64,000 nucleotides of DNA, taken from the IMG/VR virus record IMGVR_UViG_3300021420_000025; one strand, 5' to 3'. The notes under the pieces were generated by a model. It was not told the DNA's origin and did no database searches. It saw nothing but the letters and a program-made list of their open reading frames with translations. Position numbers and translations under genes: made by a program. Source of the stretch: an uncultured virus (IMG/VR IMGVR_UViG_3300021420_000025). Its lineage: Duplodnaviria > Heunggongvirae > Uroviricota > Caudoviricetes. Shown one piece after another: positions 48,331 to 58,318 of the stretch (the stretch's first letter is position 1; each line of letters opens with the position of its first letter).

Positions 48331-49142
48331 GTGACCACAGGGATAAGCGCGGTGACTTGGCTGCGCATCGACTCTTCGAACGCCCGCGTCATGAAGCCCG
48401 AAACGGCCGTGCGTTGATCGGACGTGTCCGGGTTGCTCGCCTGAAAGGCGGGTGTGAACACCATGCCCGGCGCGCCGAGGTAGACCCCAGGGTCGTACAG
48501 CTGCAGCGCGAGCACCGTAAGGCCGCCGAAGACGATGGCGCCCGAGCCGCCGCCCGGCACATCGTTGATCACAATTTGGGGGAAGCTGTTGTAGCCCGTC
48601 CCGATGTCCAAGTACGTGATGCCGCTGACCGCACCGCCGATGAAGCTGGGTTGCGCCAACGCCACTCGCCCAGGGTTCAAAACGCCAGAAGCTGGCGCGA
48701 CTTGCCCGCCGACGACCGTCGCCGTGGCCGCGCCCGTGTAGCCGCTCCCCGGGTTGACGATGATCGCGTCGACGAGGCACATGATCGCGACCGCACGCGC
48801 TTTGTGCTCCTGCGCGCCCGTGAATGTGATAATTGGAGGGGCTGCGTAATCGCCATTGGCCTCGCTGTTGCCGAGGCTGATGGTCTCAATGGGGCCTTTC
48901 GGGGAGCCCGGGACGAGCGTGGCCGCCGCAAAGGCCGGGACCGCCGGCGCCATCTGCAAGGTGATCGTCCGCGTCGCGGATTGCCCTACGGTGACCGTTT
49001 GGTCTTTGATGGGGAGAAGCCCAAAGAGCGTCGGAATCGTAAGGTCGAGAGGCACCGCCGCGAGCTCGGTGGCGAGCGTGGCGATGGTCTGGCCGCCCTG
49101 AGCGGTCACTTTGTAGCCGCAGGCGATTTGACTATGTGCCAT
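48327..49142 (-). CDS. Putative virion spike/fibre protein with G(S/T)GY beta repeats
   Basis: Repeats IIVNPGSGYTGA, ITYLDIGTGYNSFP, LYDPGVYLGAP. Confidence 0.6.
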   Translation of the reverse strand: MAHSQIACGYKVTAQGGQTIATLATELAAVPLDLTIPTLFGLLPIKDQTVTVGQSATRTITLQMAPAVPAFAAATLVPGSPKGPIETISLGNSEANGDYAAPPIITFTGAQEHKARAVAIMCLVDAIIVNPGSGYTGAATATVVGGQVAPASGVLNPGRVALAQPSFIGGAVSGITYLDIGTGYNSFPQIVINDVPGGGSGAIVFGGLTVLALQLYDPGVYLGAPGMVFTPAFQASNPDTSDQRTAVSGFMTRAFEESMRSQVTALIPVVT

Positions 49143-49500
49143 CGGGCGTCTCTTTGCGCGTCTCGTAGACCACGCGGTATCCATCGAGGATGGTGATCCG
49201 CAAATAGGTCGGGATGGGGTGCAGCGCACTCATGCTCACGAGGATGACCTCTTGGCCCGCGCCGTATTCCACGGGCACCTCGTCTCGGAACCGAACGAGC
49301 GCAAAGCCGACACGTACCCCGGGCCACAAAGGGTTTAGGCGGTCGAGAATCCCCGGCTCGTCCGGCACTTTATCAAACGCGTAAAGCGCTTGAACACGAT
49401 CGGCGGCCGCGTGCCATTTTGCGGCCCGTGCGAGTGCCTCTTTTAGGAAGAAGGCTTCCCGATCGATTCGAAGCTGCGCGCGCCAGTCCGAAGCGCTCAT
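49132..49500 (-). CDS. Hypothetical protein
   Basis: ATGA-coupled. Confidence 0.55.
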   Translation of the reverse strand: MSASDWRAQLRIDREAFFLKEALARAAKWHAAADRVQALYAFDKVPDEPGILDRLNPLWPGVRVGFALVRFRDEVPVEYGAGQEVILVSMSALHPIPTYLRITILDGYRVVYETRKETPDGT

Positions 49501-50126
49501 TCGCCTTCCTCTTCTTCCTCTTCTTTGAGGGCGTCCATCACGAGCACGACGATGGACGCGAGCCGGTTCATCGCCGGCGTCGTGGTCTCGTTCGCCTTCC
49601 CGAGAATCTTCTCGAGGGCTTCGCGCAGGTCTGAGTTGTCATCAAAGATGGTATCCCGAACTCCCGCAAGGCTCGTGAATTCTCCCGCGACCTCTTCGAT
49701 GAAGCGCGGTTGCGTCATGATGACCGCCGAGTAGCCGAACGGCTGGGACCGCGAAAGGTTGTAGCGAATCCACCGTTTCTCCATCGGGCTCGCCGGGGAT
49801 AGCGGGGCCACGTACGCCCGGACGTCGCCCGGCACGTGGGTCCCGTTGAGGTCGGATTGGTCGCCCTCGAAGAGGACCACCACTTGAAGGTGATCGGCGC
49901 CCGGCGCTTTTTCTCCGACCGCCCACAGGCTTTCCCCCAGGATGACTTTGCTGACGACCGCCAAGCTGGTGAGGTCCTCACCGCTGAGCCCGGCTTCGTC
50001 GATGCAGGCCTGCAAAAGGCTCCGGGGGTCGAGCGTCGGGAGCGGGGTCAACGCGGACGGGCCGACCGTCGGATGCGTCGCGGAATTGGTACTCGCAGGG
50101 GCGGGGATCGTATCGGGTTGCGTCAC
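49497..50126 (-). CDS. Hypothetical protein
   Basis: First ORF of the structural-side operon; acidic tail. Confidence 0.55.
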   Translation of the reverse strand: MTQPDTIPAPASTNSATHPTVGPSALTPLPTLDPRSLLQACIDEAGLSGEDLTSLAVVSKVILGESLWAVGEKAPGADHLQVVVLFEGDQSDLNGTHVPGDVRAYVAPLSPASPMEKRWIRYNLSRSQPFGYSAVIMTQPRFIEEVAGEFTSLAGVRDTIFDDNSDLREALEKILGKANETTTPAMNRLASIVVLVMDALKEEEEEEGE

Positions 50127-50292
50127 GGGGACTTGTTTTAGTCACGAAGGATGGCGAGGTCAACACTAGTCACGGCTTTCGCAGCGCGTTCAACCCGCTA
50201 CGCACGTAGCGTTCGACGGCTGTGCGATCACACCGCACCGCGGCTGCCATGATGACGCCCGACAGCCGAGCGAGAAGCACCGCGATCCATGC

Positions 50293-51220
50293 CATGGCTC
50301 AAAAGTACCCTTTCGGCGGACCGAACATCAGGCGACCGTACGCCTCGCGCTCGTCTTCCGTCGTGCACGGAAGACAGACCTGCTTCCCGTCGCCCAGGAC
50401 GTCCCGACACTCAGTCACTCTCCTGCAACGGGAGCACCGAACCGGTTTCTCCGGCTCGATGATGACGGTATTGCCAACCCGCTTAGTCATGCTCAAAGTA
50501 CCCTTTCGCTTTCGCCCGAGATCTGTCCCGTTGCGAGCGAATCCGCTTTCGCGTCGCTCTCGCGCGCGCCTGCGAGCGCGAACGAAAGACGGTGTCTTTC
50601 CAGAACGTGCACCGCGTTCCGTACCTCGCCTTGCGTGAGTCGCTCATGGCTCAAAAGTACCCTTTCAGGCCGCGGGGGCCCAGATGGTCACGAAGTCACC
50701 GACCGATCGATCGCACGGGATGCAACGCAAGTTCAGGCGCGCGAGCGTCGCGCGAAGCTGAACTTCGAGCGCGGCTTCGCTGTCTCCCTTCCAGTGCGTC
50801 ACGTACTTGTCGCGCGTGAACCGCGCCCCGCACTTCGGACACTCGAGCGCGACGAGGCGCATTCCGCTGGTCATGCCGCCGATGCCTGCCATGGCTTAAA
50901 AGTACCCTTTCAGCATTCGTGGCACCCGACCTGCTTGGGCACCGTGTACTCACCGCCTCGCGACAGCGAGCGCATTCGTTGCTCGCAGTGCCCACACTCT
51001 AAGCGCAGCCACAAGCACGCGCGCCCGCGAGGGAAGCGACGGTTCCCTTTCGTCCGCCACTCCTCTTGCGAGTGAATGACTGTGCGCCTCACCATGGTTC
51101 AAAAGTACCCTTTCCGTTTCGACGGGCCGCGAAGACAGCCTCGGTTAGTGGCTTCGCGACCAGCGCTATGACCAAATGACCGGGGCTGTCTTCGTGGCGC
51201 GTAGCTCAAAAGAACCTTTC
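50293..51220 (-). repeat. Six dispersed copies of a ~22-bp repeat (- strand GAAAGGGTACTTTTGAGCCATG), five of which supply the start codon of a small ORF
   Basis: Copies at 50293-50314, 50488-50507, 50645-50666, 50890-50911, 51093-51114 and a degenerate one at ~51200-51220. ORFs start at 50295, 50490, 50647, 50892 and 51095; three carry CxxC pairs. Confidence 0.85.
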
Positions 51221-51494
51221 AGTAGCGGGCCGGAGCCCCGCGGGTCACCCGATGCACGCTCGCTTGGCCGTAGTTGTCCTCGCGTTGAAGCAGAAACTTC
51301 AAGGTCGCTTCGGGCGACAATCCGTAATGAGCGGCCACGCGCTGGAGCGCCTCGTGCTCATCTTTTCGGAGCGGCACGTAGACCAGATCGACAACGATGG
51401 AGGAAACCTTCTTCACGGCCTGTAGCACGCGAGCGCGAAGAGGATAATTAGGAGGGGCGCGGCTATACACCATTCTGAAAACGACATTTTACTT

Positions 51495-52220
51495 TCACCT
51501 CTTGGAAACCCTGGTGAGCTTCTTTTCCGTGAACGAATAGACCTCGCCTTTGCCGATCACGAGATGGTCCAAAAAGACGAGCCCGGCGAACGGCTTGCTC
51601 GCCTCTTTCATCCGTTCGGTGAGAGCCCCATCCTCGCGAGAGGGCTTCGCGTTGCCCGAAGGGTGATTGTGCGCCACCAAAAAGGCCTTGCAGCCGGCAA
51701 TCAAAACGGGCCGCAAGACGTCGGCGGGCGCGACGGCCACGTGGTCGACCTGGCCGCGCGCGACCTCACGGTAACAAACGAGCACCCCGTTGACGTCGAG
51801 CCCGACCACCACGAAAATCTCCTGCAGTTGCTGCTCGAGGTCCGGCCGAAGCAGCGCATAAACACTTCGGGGGTTCGTCAGGCTGCCGAGGGCCAACGCG
51901 CGCTTGCGGCACGCCTCGTCGGGGGGCCCCTCTTTGAAAGGGCTGCATGCTCCCGGCGCGACGACTTCCGGTGGAGGACATGCCGCTTTCAAGTCTCCTG
52001 CAATAACCGCCCCGCCCGCGTGCTTGTGGTAAATAATGGCCGCCGTCGTTTTGGCATCCAACCCCGCGTCGTACGCCGCTTTGATGTAGGCCGCATCCAA
52101 ATCCAAGACCGTGCGCGGGACGGGCGCCCCCATTCGAAGGAGAGCCTCCCCGACGTCCAGGCGATAAGCGTCCCGCCGCTTGGCGACCTGAGGGTTTTCG
52201 TACGCAACGGGAACTCTCAT
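51495..52220 (-). CDS. RadC-like JAB/MPN domain protein
   Basis: QEIFVVVGLD; AHNHPSGNAKPSRED; FLDHLVIG. Confidence 0.9.
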   Translation of the reverse strand: MRVPVAYENPQVAKRRDAYRLDVGEALLRMGAPVPRTVLDLDAAYIKAAYDAGLDAKTTAAIIYHKHAGGAVIAGDLKAACPPPEVVAPGACSPFKEGPPDEACRKRALALGSLTNPRSVYALLRPDLEQQLQEIFVVVGLDVNGVLVCYREVARGQVDHVAVAPADVLRPVLIAGCKAFLVAHNHPSGNAKPSREDGALTERMKEASKPFAGLVFLDHLVIGKGEVYSFTEKKLTRVSKR

Positions 52221-52238
52221 CTTCCGGCTGATCCTACC

Positions 52239-52613
52239 TCAAGAGGTCGGTGGGTGCGCGAATTGGTCCGGCAGGACGACGGAACAAGCGAACTCCCCTT
52301 CAATTCGGAAGCGGTACTCCACAGGCAAACCTCGCTCCAAAGCGCGCGTGACCCCCATTTGCATGCCTTCGGAAACCCCGAGGTCGACGTAGACCGCCAC
52401 GTAATCGGCGACGGCGCCCCACGCGAACCCGGCCTCGATCCCCATCTTTCTCTCCTCGGGAGATAGGTCTTCAAGCACTTGCGTGTAGAGCAGATGCGAC
52501 GCGAAGGGCGCCTCCCCGAGCTTGAGGGCATGGAGAAGACACTCACGGGCGTAGAGCTTGTTGCGCGCGACGTTGCCCGCAAAGGGGCTCTCAATAATCA
52601 CTCTCTTCTTCAT
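52239..52613 (-). CDS. Phage nucleoside-deoxyribosyltransferase-like protein of unknown function
   Basis: VIIESPFAG...GEAPFASHLLYTQVL...ER..GI...VYVDLGVSEGM. Confidence 0.7.
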   Translation of the reverse strand: MKKRVIIESPFAGNVARNKLYARECLLHALKLGEAPFASHLLYTQVLEDLSPEERKMGIEAGFAWGAVADYVAVYVDLGVSEGMQMGVTRALERGLPVEYRFRIEGEFACSVVLPDQFAHPPTS

Positions 52614-52804
52614 GACTTCTCTTTCTTGACGACGTCATTGTTGACGACCAGCCGAAGCGTGCGTCCGCACGCGCGGTTGGCCAAAAGCCGAAGCCAATTG
52701 CTGACCGTCCGCCCGTCTTGTGTCGCGGCGGCCCCCCATGCGGCCTTCTCCGCACGTGTCAGCCGAATGCGCATCGACTCCTCTTTGCGGGCCGGCTTCT
52801 TCAT
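52610..52804 (-). CDS. Ribbon-helix-helix DNA-binding protein
   Basis: MRIRLTRAEKAAWGAAATQDGRTVSNWLR. Confidence 0.7.
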   Translation of the reverse strand: MKKPARKEESMRIRLTRAEKAAWGAAATQDGRTVSNWLRLLANRACGRTLRLVVNNDVVKKEKS

Positions 52805-53169
52805 CGGATTTTGTGGAATTGTTCTTCCACGATGTTCTCGAGCGCCACGGTCGCCCGCCGGAGGTATTCCTCTGTCGGAGAGGGCATCGGGGGGAGTATG
52901 TTCCCTTCGTTGTCCAACGAAAGAGGTATCGTCATCCGTTTGAGCGTGCCGTCAATTCGATCGAGCGCCCCCGCGACGTCGCCGATGGCGTTCGCGATGC
53001 GCGTCGGGCCGTTCACGACTTCGATGGCGAGATTGATGGCCGCGACCCCAACGGCCGACATGAGCTTCTTTTTCACCTCGTCGGACATCTCGTAGGGCTC
53101 CCCGAGATCGAGGAACTCTTGGAAGACTTCGACCAAATCGTGAACCGCCGTCTCGAACGCCGTACTCAT
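52801..53169 (-). CDS. Hypothetical protein
   Basis: In operon register. Confidence 0.5.
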   Translation of the reverse strand: MSTAFETAVHDLVEVFQEFLDLGEPYEMSDEVKKKLMSAVGVAAINLAIEVVNGPTRIANAIGDVAGALDRIDGTLKRMTIPLSLDNEGNILPPMPSPTEEYLRRATVALENIVEEQFHKIR

Positions 53170-53177
53170 AGATACCC

Positions 53178-54428
53178 CTAGCGCAGAATTGTTAGCCGTT
53201 CCGAAGCCCGCGTCACCGCCGTGTAGGCCCATCGTCGCCACTCTTCGCTCTCCGGGTCGACCGGTCGATCGAGGAAGACGATCGCGTGCTTGAAGCCGCT
53301 TCCCTGAGAGCGATGAACGGTCAGGGCGTAGCCGAAATCGTAAAACTCGCCGGCCATGCTCATGCTTCGGACGTCGATCCCGCGCGCGCGCAACTCCTCG
53401 ACGTCGCCGAAGACGCGTTCGCGATTGAATTGCGGGGCGCAGAGCACATGGCTTGTGGCGCGAAGGCCCTCATCGGGAAATTCAATGGACGCCGTCAATT
53501 CCCAAGGCCTCTTCGAATCTTCCGGGGGTTCAACCGCATCCTTGACCAGAACCCCCCGCATGCCGTTGTAGACCGGCGGTTTGTTTTTCAGTGCGATGAC
53601 GATCTCTCCTTCGCGCGGGGCCCCTTGCCGATCGAGACTGATTCGCGCGAACCCATTGAGCATGATGCGGGTTTTGTTGGTCCAGCAAAGAATGCCCGTC
53701 GCGAGCTTGTCGAGGTCCGCTTGTTGAAAGACGTCTCCAACGCGCCCGCGTCGGGTTATGATAGTGCGCTCCCCGTCGAAGTCTTCGTCGCGGAGCTCGC
53801 CGGTTTCTCTTAGCCGGTGGGCCAGCCGGAGAATCGGGTTGCCGGCCGCCTGCCGATGGATCTTCTCGAGCCGCAAATCGGGGTTCGCCACGCAGCTCCC
53901 GGAGCTCATCACGGGCGGAAGCTGGCCGTGGTCACCGACCGCAAGGATCGGCACGCCATGCACTTTCAGGTCGGCCAACATCTCATCGCTGAGTTGGGAT
54001 GCCTCATCGACGACTACCAGATCATAGGGCCGATCGAGCTTGCTTCGCTTTTCGAACCCCCGGAGCTCTTCGGTCTCCTTGTCGATGACCGGCTTGTAGA
54101 GAAGGCCGTGGATCGTCGTGCAAAGCGGGAGATGTTGTGGCTCTTTCTCCGTCGAAGTCGTCGCCGTGGTCGCGACGCCACACGCTTTGAGCTTTCGGCC
54201 AAGCACGGAGGCCGCACGCCCCGTGAAGGCCACGTACGCGACGAGCAGCTCGGTCTCGGCGGCGAAAACGGAGAGGACGGACGTCTTGCCGGTGCCCGCC
54301 AGCCCGCCGACCGTCAAAATGGGCTTATTTTTGGAGGCGGCGTTGCAGACCCAATCGCAGATGGCGGTGTAAACCTCCTTCTGGTCGGGGGACAAATCGT
54401 CGAAGGAAAGCTTTCGATCGGCTTTCAT
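53178..54428 (-). CDS. Dda/RecD-like SF1B helicase
   Basis: GLAGTGKT; AFTGRAA; VVDEAS; VGDHGQLPPV; HRQ; YALTVHRSQGS; YTAVTRA. Confidence 0.92.
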   Translation of the reverse strand: MKADRKLSFDDLSPDQKEVYTAICDWVCNAASKNKPILTVGGLAGTGKTSVLSVFAAETELLVAYVAFTGRAASVLGRKLKACGVATTATTSTEKEPQHLPLCTTIHGLLYKPVIDKETEELRGFEKRSKLDRPYDLVVVDEASQLSDEMLADLKVHGVPILAVGDHGQLPPVMSSGSCVANPDLRLEKIHRQAAGNPILRLAHRLRETGELRDEDFDGERTIITRRGRVGDVFQQADLDKLATGILCWTNKTRIMLNGFARISLDRQGAPREGEIVIALKNKPPVYNGMRGVLVKDAVEPPEDSKRPWELTASIEFPDEGLRATSHVLCAPQFNRERVFGDVEELRARGIDVRSMSMAGEFYDFGYALTVHRSQGSGFKHAIVFLDRPVDPESEEWRRWAYTAVTRASERLTILR

Positions 54429-54630
54429 CGAACTCTCCGTAGGGCCGTTCGAAAGCGCGCCTGTCGCTCGACGTGATCTTCCAACGGGTCGGGTGGGGGC
54501 GGCGTTCCGAAACAACTGTTGGGGCAAATACACTTGAGGCAGAGCACCCGACGGCACCGCGGGCAGGTCGTGATCCGCCGGTACGACACCCGCTTGCCGC
54601 ACACGACGCACGGAGGACCCTGCGCGGCGC

Positions 54631-55029
54631 TCATCGGTATTCCTCTTGCAGGCCGCCCACCGGCGCGCGCGAGGTCGATGGGATGACCCGCAACAGAACC
54701 AAAAAGTAGTTGCCGCTTCGAACCTCCAATTCGATGTTGTACCAAACGCAACTCGCGCGAGGCCCTTGCGCGGGCTGCGCGGGCGTCACGACGACGCGCT
54801 CGCCGGTGGGGCCCGGGATGGAGACCTCTGCGACCTCCGGGGTTGCGGGAAGCACTTCGTAGCATGTCATGAGGGGCCCTCCCGAACGGAGCTGCACGAC
54901 AGAGCCAGGCTCGATTTCGGGCCCGTTGGGCGTCGCGGCGCACGGCCCCTCGTGCCCAAGTACCCGCGTGCATTGATAACCGACGGGTGCTTTCTCGCAT
55001 CGATTGAATTCTCCTTTATAGAAAATCAT
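54631..55029 (-). CDS. YodC/DUF2158-like protein
   Basis: PGSVVQLRSGGPLMT...CVWY. Confidence 0.65.
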   Translation of the reverse strand: MIFYKGEFNRCEKAPVGYQCTRVLGHEGPCAATPNGPEIEPGSVVQLRSGGPLMTCYEVLPATPEVAEVSIPGPTGERVVVTPAQPAQGPRASCVWYNIELEVRSGNYFLVLLRVIPSTSRAPVGGLQEEYR

Positions 55030-56579
55030 GCAGCTTTGTCTCCGTCGAAGTGACTCCACCGGCCGCCCGTCTTCAGGTCGATCGGCATCACGAACGAAAG
55101 GCCGTTCGTCGGGATTTTTATTGGTTCGGCCCAAAGGTCCGTCACGATCTTCTGCGTATCCCTCGAAGCCAGCCCGATCCGCGCTTCGGAGATGATCGCA
55201 TCATGGACCTGCGCGGCGATCCGCACCTTGCGTGTACTCCGGTACGCCCGCAATCTACGCACGAGCTCGATAAGACGCAAGTTCATCAAATCGGCAATGA
55301 AGCTTTGGACGGGAAAATTATACACGTCGCCCGGGGATGGATACCATCCAATCCAGCGAATACGCCCTAGCAACGCCGTGCGCATGAATCCGTACTGTTG
55401 GCACTGCATAAGGTTCGAGGCGCAAAACCGGTAGTAGACGCGATAGGCCGACCGGATGAAGTCGAACATGATTTGGACTTCTCTCAACGTCACGGGGAAA
55501 CCCTTCGCCCGCAGAAACATAAAAATTGTCTGAACCTCGGCACTGTAGAGGATCCCAAAGCCCGCGTTCTTCGTAATGTCCCTATACTTCTTGCCTTCCC
55601 CTTTGGGGTCCGCTTTGATGATGGCGGCCTGCGCGGGGAACAAAATAGAAGCATTGCCGCTATGGACGTCCCCACTTTCGCAGGTCTTGATGAAGGCCGG
55701 GTCACCGCTGAGGTAGGCCGCCGCTCGCATCTCGCTTTGTGACAAATCGAAGTAGATGAACTCGTGCCCCTTGTCGGGGACGTACAGCTCACGGGCCCGT
55801 GCTTCCAAGTCGAGATCCTTTTCCCGCTTCGCTTTCCCCTTTTCGAGGTAGTCGCCCTTCGGGATGCTTTGGATGCGGCAGCTCCATCGCCCGGAGACCG
55901 TGCCGTAGGGGCGCCAATTGTAGTGGACCCGCCCGTCGGCGCCGACCTCGATGGCTTCGAGGTACGTGGAGCGAACCTTCATGAGGACGCGCCAATAGAG
56001 GAGCAGTTGGGCGAGCTGCCCGGCCTTCGTGTGGGGCCCCGCCAAGACTTCGAGCGTCGCACTGCTTGTCGAAGGCAACCCCGATTTGGTGGGGTTCAAC
56101 ATTGGCGCGCGGCATTTGGTGAAGAGCCCCCACCGGACGTCGCTAAGCCGTGCGGGGTTGAACTCCGGTTTTTGAAGCAGAGAGCGCATCTTGCCGCGCA
56201 GCCACGTCGCGCGGTCCTTCATCTTCTTGGAGAGATAATCCCTTCGCTGCACGTCCATGCGGATGCCGTCGATGTGCATCTGTTGACAAATCACGCTCAG
56301 TTGCTTGTCGTGCTCATAAATCTTTCGCTCGGACTCCAAGTCGCCTTGCATGGCGTTCCAAGAGAGTGCCGTCAGCCGCGCGTCGCCGCTGTTGTAAAGC
56401 GCGAGCTCTTCGCGCTCCATCGAGTGAGGGGCCAGGCCTTTCTCGGCCGCGCCTCTTCTTCCAAAACGCACTTTCCATGGCCCGCTGTCGACGTAGGTAC
56501 TGACGACCTGGTCGAGCCGTTGCGGAAGATGGCTCGCAAAGGCGTGATGGGCCAGCAGGGTGTCTTCGAGATGAATCAT
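55026..56579 (-). CDS. Family A DNA polymerase, C-terminal part (Exo III + polymerase domain)
   Basis: DTLLAHH; YNSGDA (Exo III); TVSGRWS; FDLSQSEMR (motif A); RDITKNAGFGILY (B); QVHDAI (C). Confidence 0.92.
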   Translation of the reverse strand: MIHLEDTLLAHHAFASHLPQRLDQVVSTYVDSGPWKVRFGRRGAAEKGLAPHSMEREELALYNSGDARLTALSWNAMQGDLESERKIYEHDKQLSVICQQMHIDGIRMDVQRRDYLSKKMKDRATWLRGKMRSLLQKPEFNPARLSDVRWGLFTKCRAPMLNPTKSGLPSTSSATLEVLAGPHTKAGQLAQLLLYWRVLMKVRSTYLEAIEVGADGRVHYNWRPYGTVSGRWSCRIQSIPKGDYLEKGKAKREKDLDLEARARELYVPDKGHEFIYFDLSQSEMRAAAYLSGDPAFIKTCESGDVHSGNASILFPAQAAIIKADPKGEGKKYRDITKNAGFGILYSAEVQTIFMFLRAKGFPVTLREVQIMFDFIRSAYRVYYRFCASNLMQCQQYGFMRTALLGRIRWIGWYPSPGDVYNFPVQSFIADLMNLRLIELVRRLRAYRSTRKVRIAAQVHDAIISEARIGLASRDTQKIVTDLWAEPIKIPTNGLSFVMPIDLKTGGRWSHFDGDKAA

Positions 56580-56845
56580 GTGCGGTTCCGCTGATGGTCT
56601 CGCATGTACTTCAAGCAGACCGCGCACCGCGAAACGCTCGGGGCTTCAATGCGTCGGGAGCCACATTGCACGCACATCCCCGCGGCTTTGCGTTTTTTCG
56701 TTTTCTCGCGGCTCCGGGCGTTCAACGCCTTCCGGTGCTTTTGGCAGCGGCGCAGACCTTCGACGACGGGCTTGTCGCACGCTTGGCAAAGCCCCGCCGC
56801 CTCGTGGGCGAGCTGGTATTGACGGGTGCGGCCGATCTCCTTCAT
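56576..56845 (-). CDS. Small Cys-rich basic protein inserted within the polymerase locus
   Basis: Two GxCxxC...RCxx(C/H) repeats; ATGA overlaps at both ends. Confidence 0.7.
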   Translation of the reverse strand: MKEIGRTRQYQLAHEAAGLCQACDKPVVEGLRRCQKHRKALNARSREKTKKRKAAGMCVQCGSRRIEAPSVSRCAVCLKYMRDHQRNRT

Positions 56846-57045
56846 GATCTCAGCTTCGGCATGATCGCCAAACGCCCGCTGAAATCCCCATCGGGAATGA
56901 TATTCACCTCCCAAATGCCCCGAATGTCTTCACCGCAACGTATATAAACATAAGTGTCCGCAGAATAGGCCCCGAGCAGCACCTTCAACTCACGGACGGT
57001 CAGCGTCGGGCGCATGGGCGTCTCTTCCGGTTTTTTGCGTCTCAT
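56842..57045 (-). CDS. Small hypothetical protein inserted within the polymerase locus
   Basis: LTVRELKVLLGAYSADTYVYI (phage-type TVxEL motif); ATGA overlaps at both ends. Confidence 0.6.
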   Translation of the reverse strand: MRRKKPEETPMRPTLTVRELKVLLGAYSADTYVYIRCGEDIRGIWEVNIIPDGDFSGRLAIMPKLRS

Positions 57046-58121
57046 TCAACGACCCCGCCGAAGTCGAAGCCGTAGTGCCGCATCACGATTTGGTCGAAGT
57101 TGTACCCGTTGTGCATCACCACCGCTTTGCGGCCTTCCAAGAACTTCTGCATGGAAGCGACCAACCCCTTTGGCCAAACCGGATCGTCGCCGGTCTTCTG
57201 CCGCGGGTCGACCACCACGGTCCGCCGGCCGTCCGAGATGCCGATGCAAAGCATCTTCGTCTCGAGCGGCACGATCCCATCGGTCTCGATGTCGACGGCG
57301 ACGATGGGCCCCATCCACCGGACAGCTTCGGCGGCTTGAAATTCTTTGAGAGTCCGCACGTGCGCGTAGGGGCCCACATCGCGGAGCCTCAACACTTCCC
57401 CGTTGGCCGCCCGGAGCGTCCGCCGCATGTCGAGCTCCAAGATGGGCTTCCACGTGTCCGCCCGCATCACGAACGCGGGGTGTATTGAAGGGAACACCGT
57501 TCGGCCAACGAGCCGCCGCCGCCATTTGAGAATGAGCCACTTGAGCCGGGCGTTCGCTTGCGCTTGCGGCGTCGAGACTCTTCCTCTCCGCGTAACTCCC
57601 CGCATGACGACGATGCCGCGGGTCTTGTCGTACGCGCGCTTGAGAGCCTTCACCGCGCTCAAGTCGATCGCCTTGGCCGTCCAGACGAACCCGCGGGCCA
57701 TCAGAATGCTTCGGATGCCGAGAACGCTCTTGGCGGCCGCCTTCCCAAGGACGCTTATCGGAATGTCTTTCGGCAGCCCCGCGAGCTCCCGGAGAAGACG
57801 AGGGCCGCAACAAATCTCGGCAATGGCGTTGTCTTTGTCCGACTCGCCGCGGCACAACATGGCGTTCGTCACGTGGATGTTCGTGCGCGGCAGCACGGCC
57901 CCTTCGGGCGACTGCTCCTGCAAGAGCGTGTCGAGGAATTTGCCCGAAGGGCCGACGAAGGGCGTCTTGAGCTTCTCCTCAACGCGGCCGGGCCCTTCTC
58001 CCACGATGATGAGCTTCAACGTCGACGTCGCGGGAGCCGGCGGCACCACCGTCAAGCCCTTCAGAGGGCAGACGTGGCAATGCGCGCCATGGGCCATGGG
58101 ATGGTAAGCCCCCAAGGTCAT
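57042..58121 (-). CDS. Family-4-like uracil-DNA glycosylase fused to the N-terminal half of the 3'-5' exonuclease (Pol A N-terminal part)
   Basis: CHVCPL; IVGEGPG..E....PFVGPSG; TNAMLC; HPAFVMR; then VDIET (Exo I) and HNGYNFD (Exo II). Confidence 0.88.
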   Translation of the reverse strand: MTLGAYHPMAHGAHCHVCPLKGLTVVPPAPATSTLKLIIVGEGPGRVEEKLKTPFVGPSGKFLDTLLQEQSPEGAVLPRTNIHVTNAMLCRGESDKDNAIAEICCGPRLLRELAGLPKDIPISVLGKAAAKSVLGIRSILMARGFVWTAKAIDLSAVKALKRAYDKTRGIVVMRGVTRRGRVSTPQAQANARLKWLILKWRRRLVGRTVFPSIHPAFVMRADTWKPILELDMRRTLRAANGEVLRLRDVGPYAHVRTLKEFQAAEAVRWMGPIVAVDIETDGIVPLETKMLCIGISDGRRTVVVDPRQKTGDDPVWPKGLVASMQKFLEGRKAVVMHNGYNFDQIVMRHYGFDFGGVVE

Positions 58122-58318
58122 GGCTCTTGATCTCCACGAATCGATTTCTTGAAGTCGAGCTGGGCGCGCGCCCGCACCGTGGCGATGGCCGCCCCCATGG
58201 CGAGGACATACCCCGCGACCATTTGTGGCGCGTCGTGAAGGTATGCGCCTTGAATCGACAAGACGGCGAACGTGAGAGCGAGCACCGCGTAAATCCAAAA
58301 GCCCATCGTGGGGGTCAT
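58118..58318 (-). CDS. Small two-TM protein
   Basis: Two hydrophobic helices; ATGA-coupled. Confidence 0.55.
   Translation of the reverse strand: MTPTMGFWIYAVLALTFAVLSIQGAYLHDAPQMVAGYVLAMGAAIATVRARAQLDFKKSIRGDQEP

Noticed and set aside
50293..51220. CRISPR array formed by the 22-bp repeats
   Set aside because: The intervening segments are 85-225 bp, irregular, and encode ORFs starting inside the repeat.
56565..57047. Group I/II intron or intein in the polymerase
   Set aside because: No recognisable intron boundary or core motifs, no homing endonuclease or RT, and an in-frame stop excludes an intein. RNA-level removal is not fully excluded.
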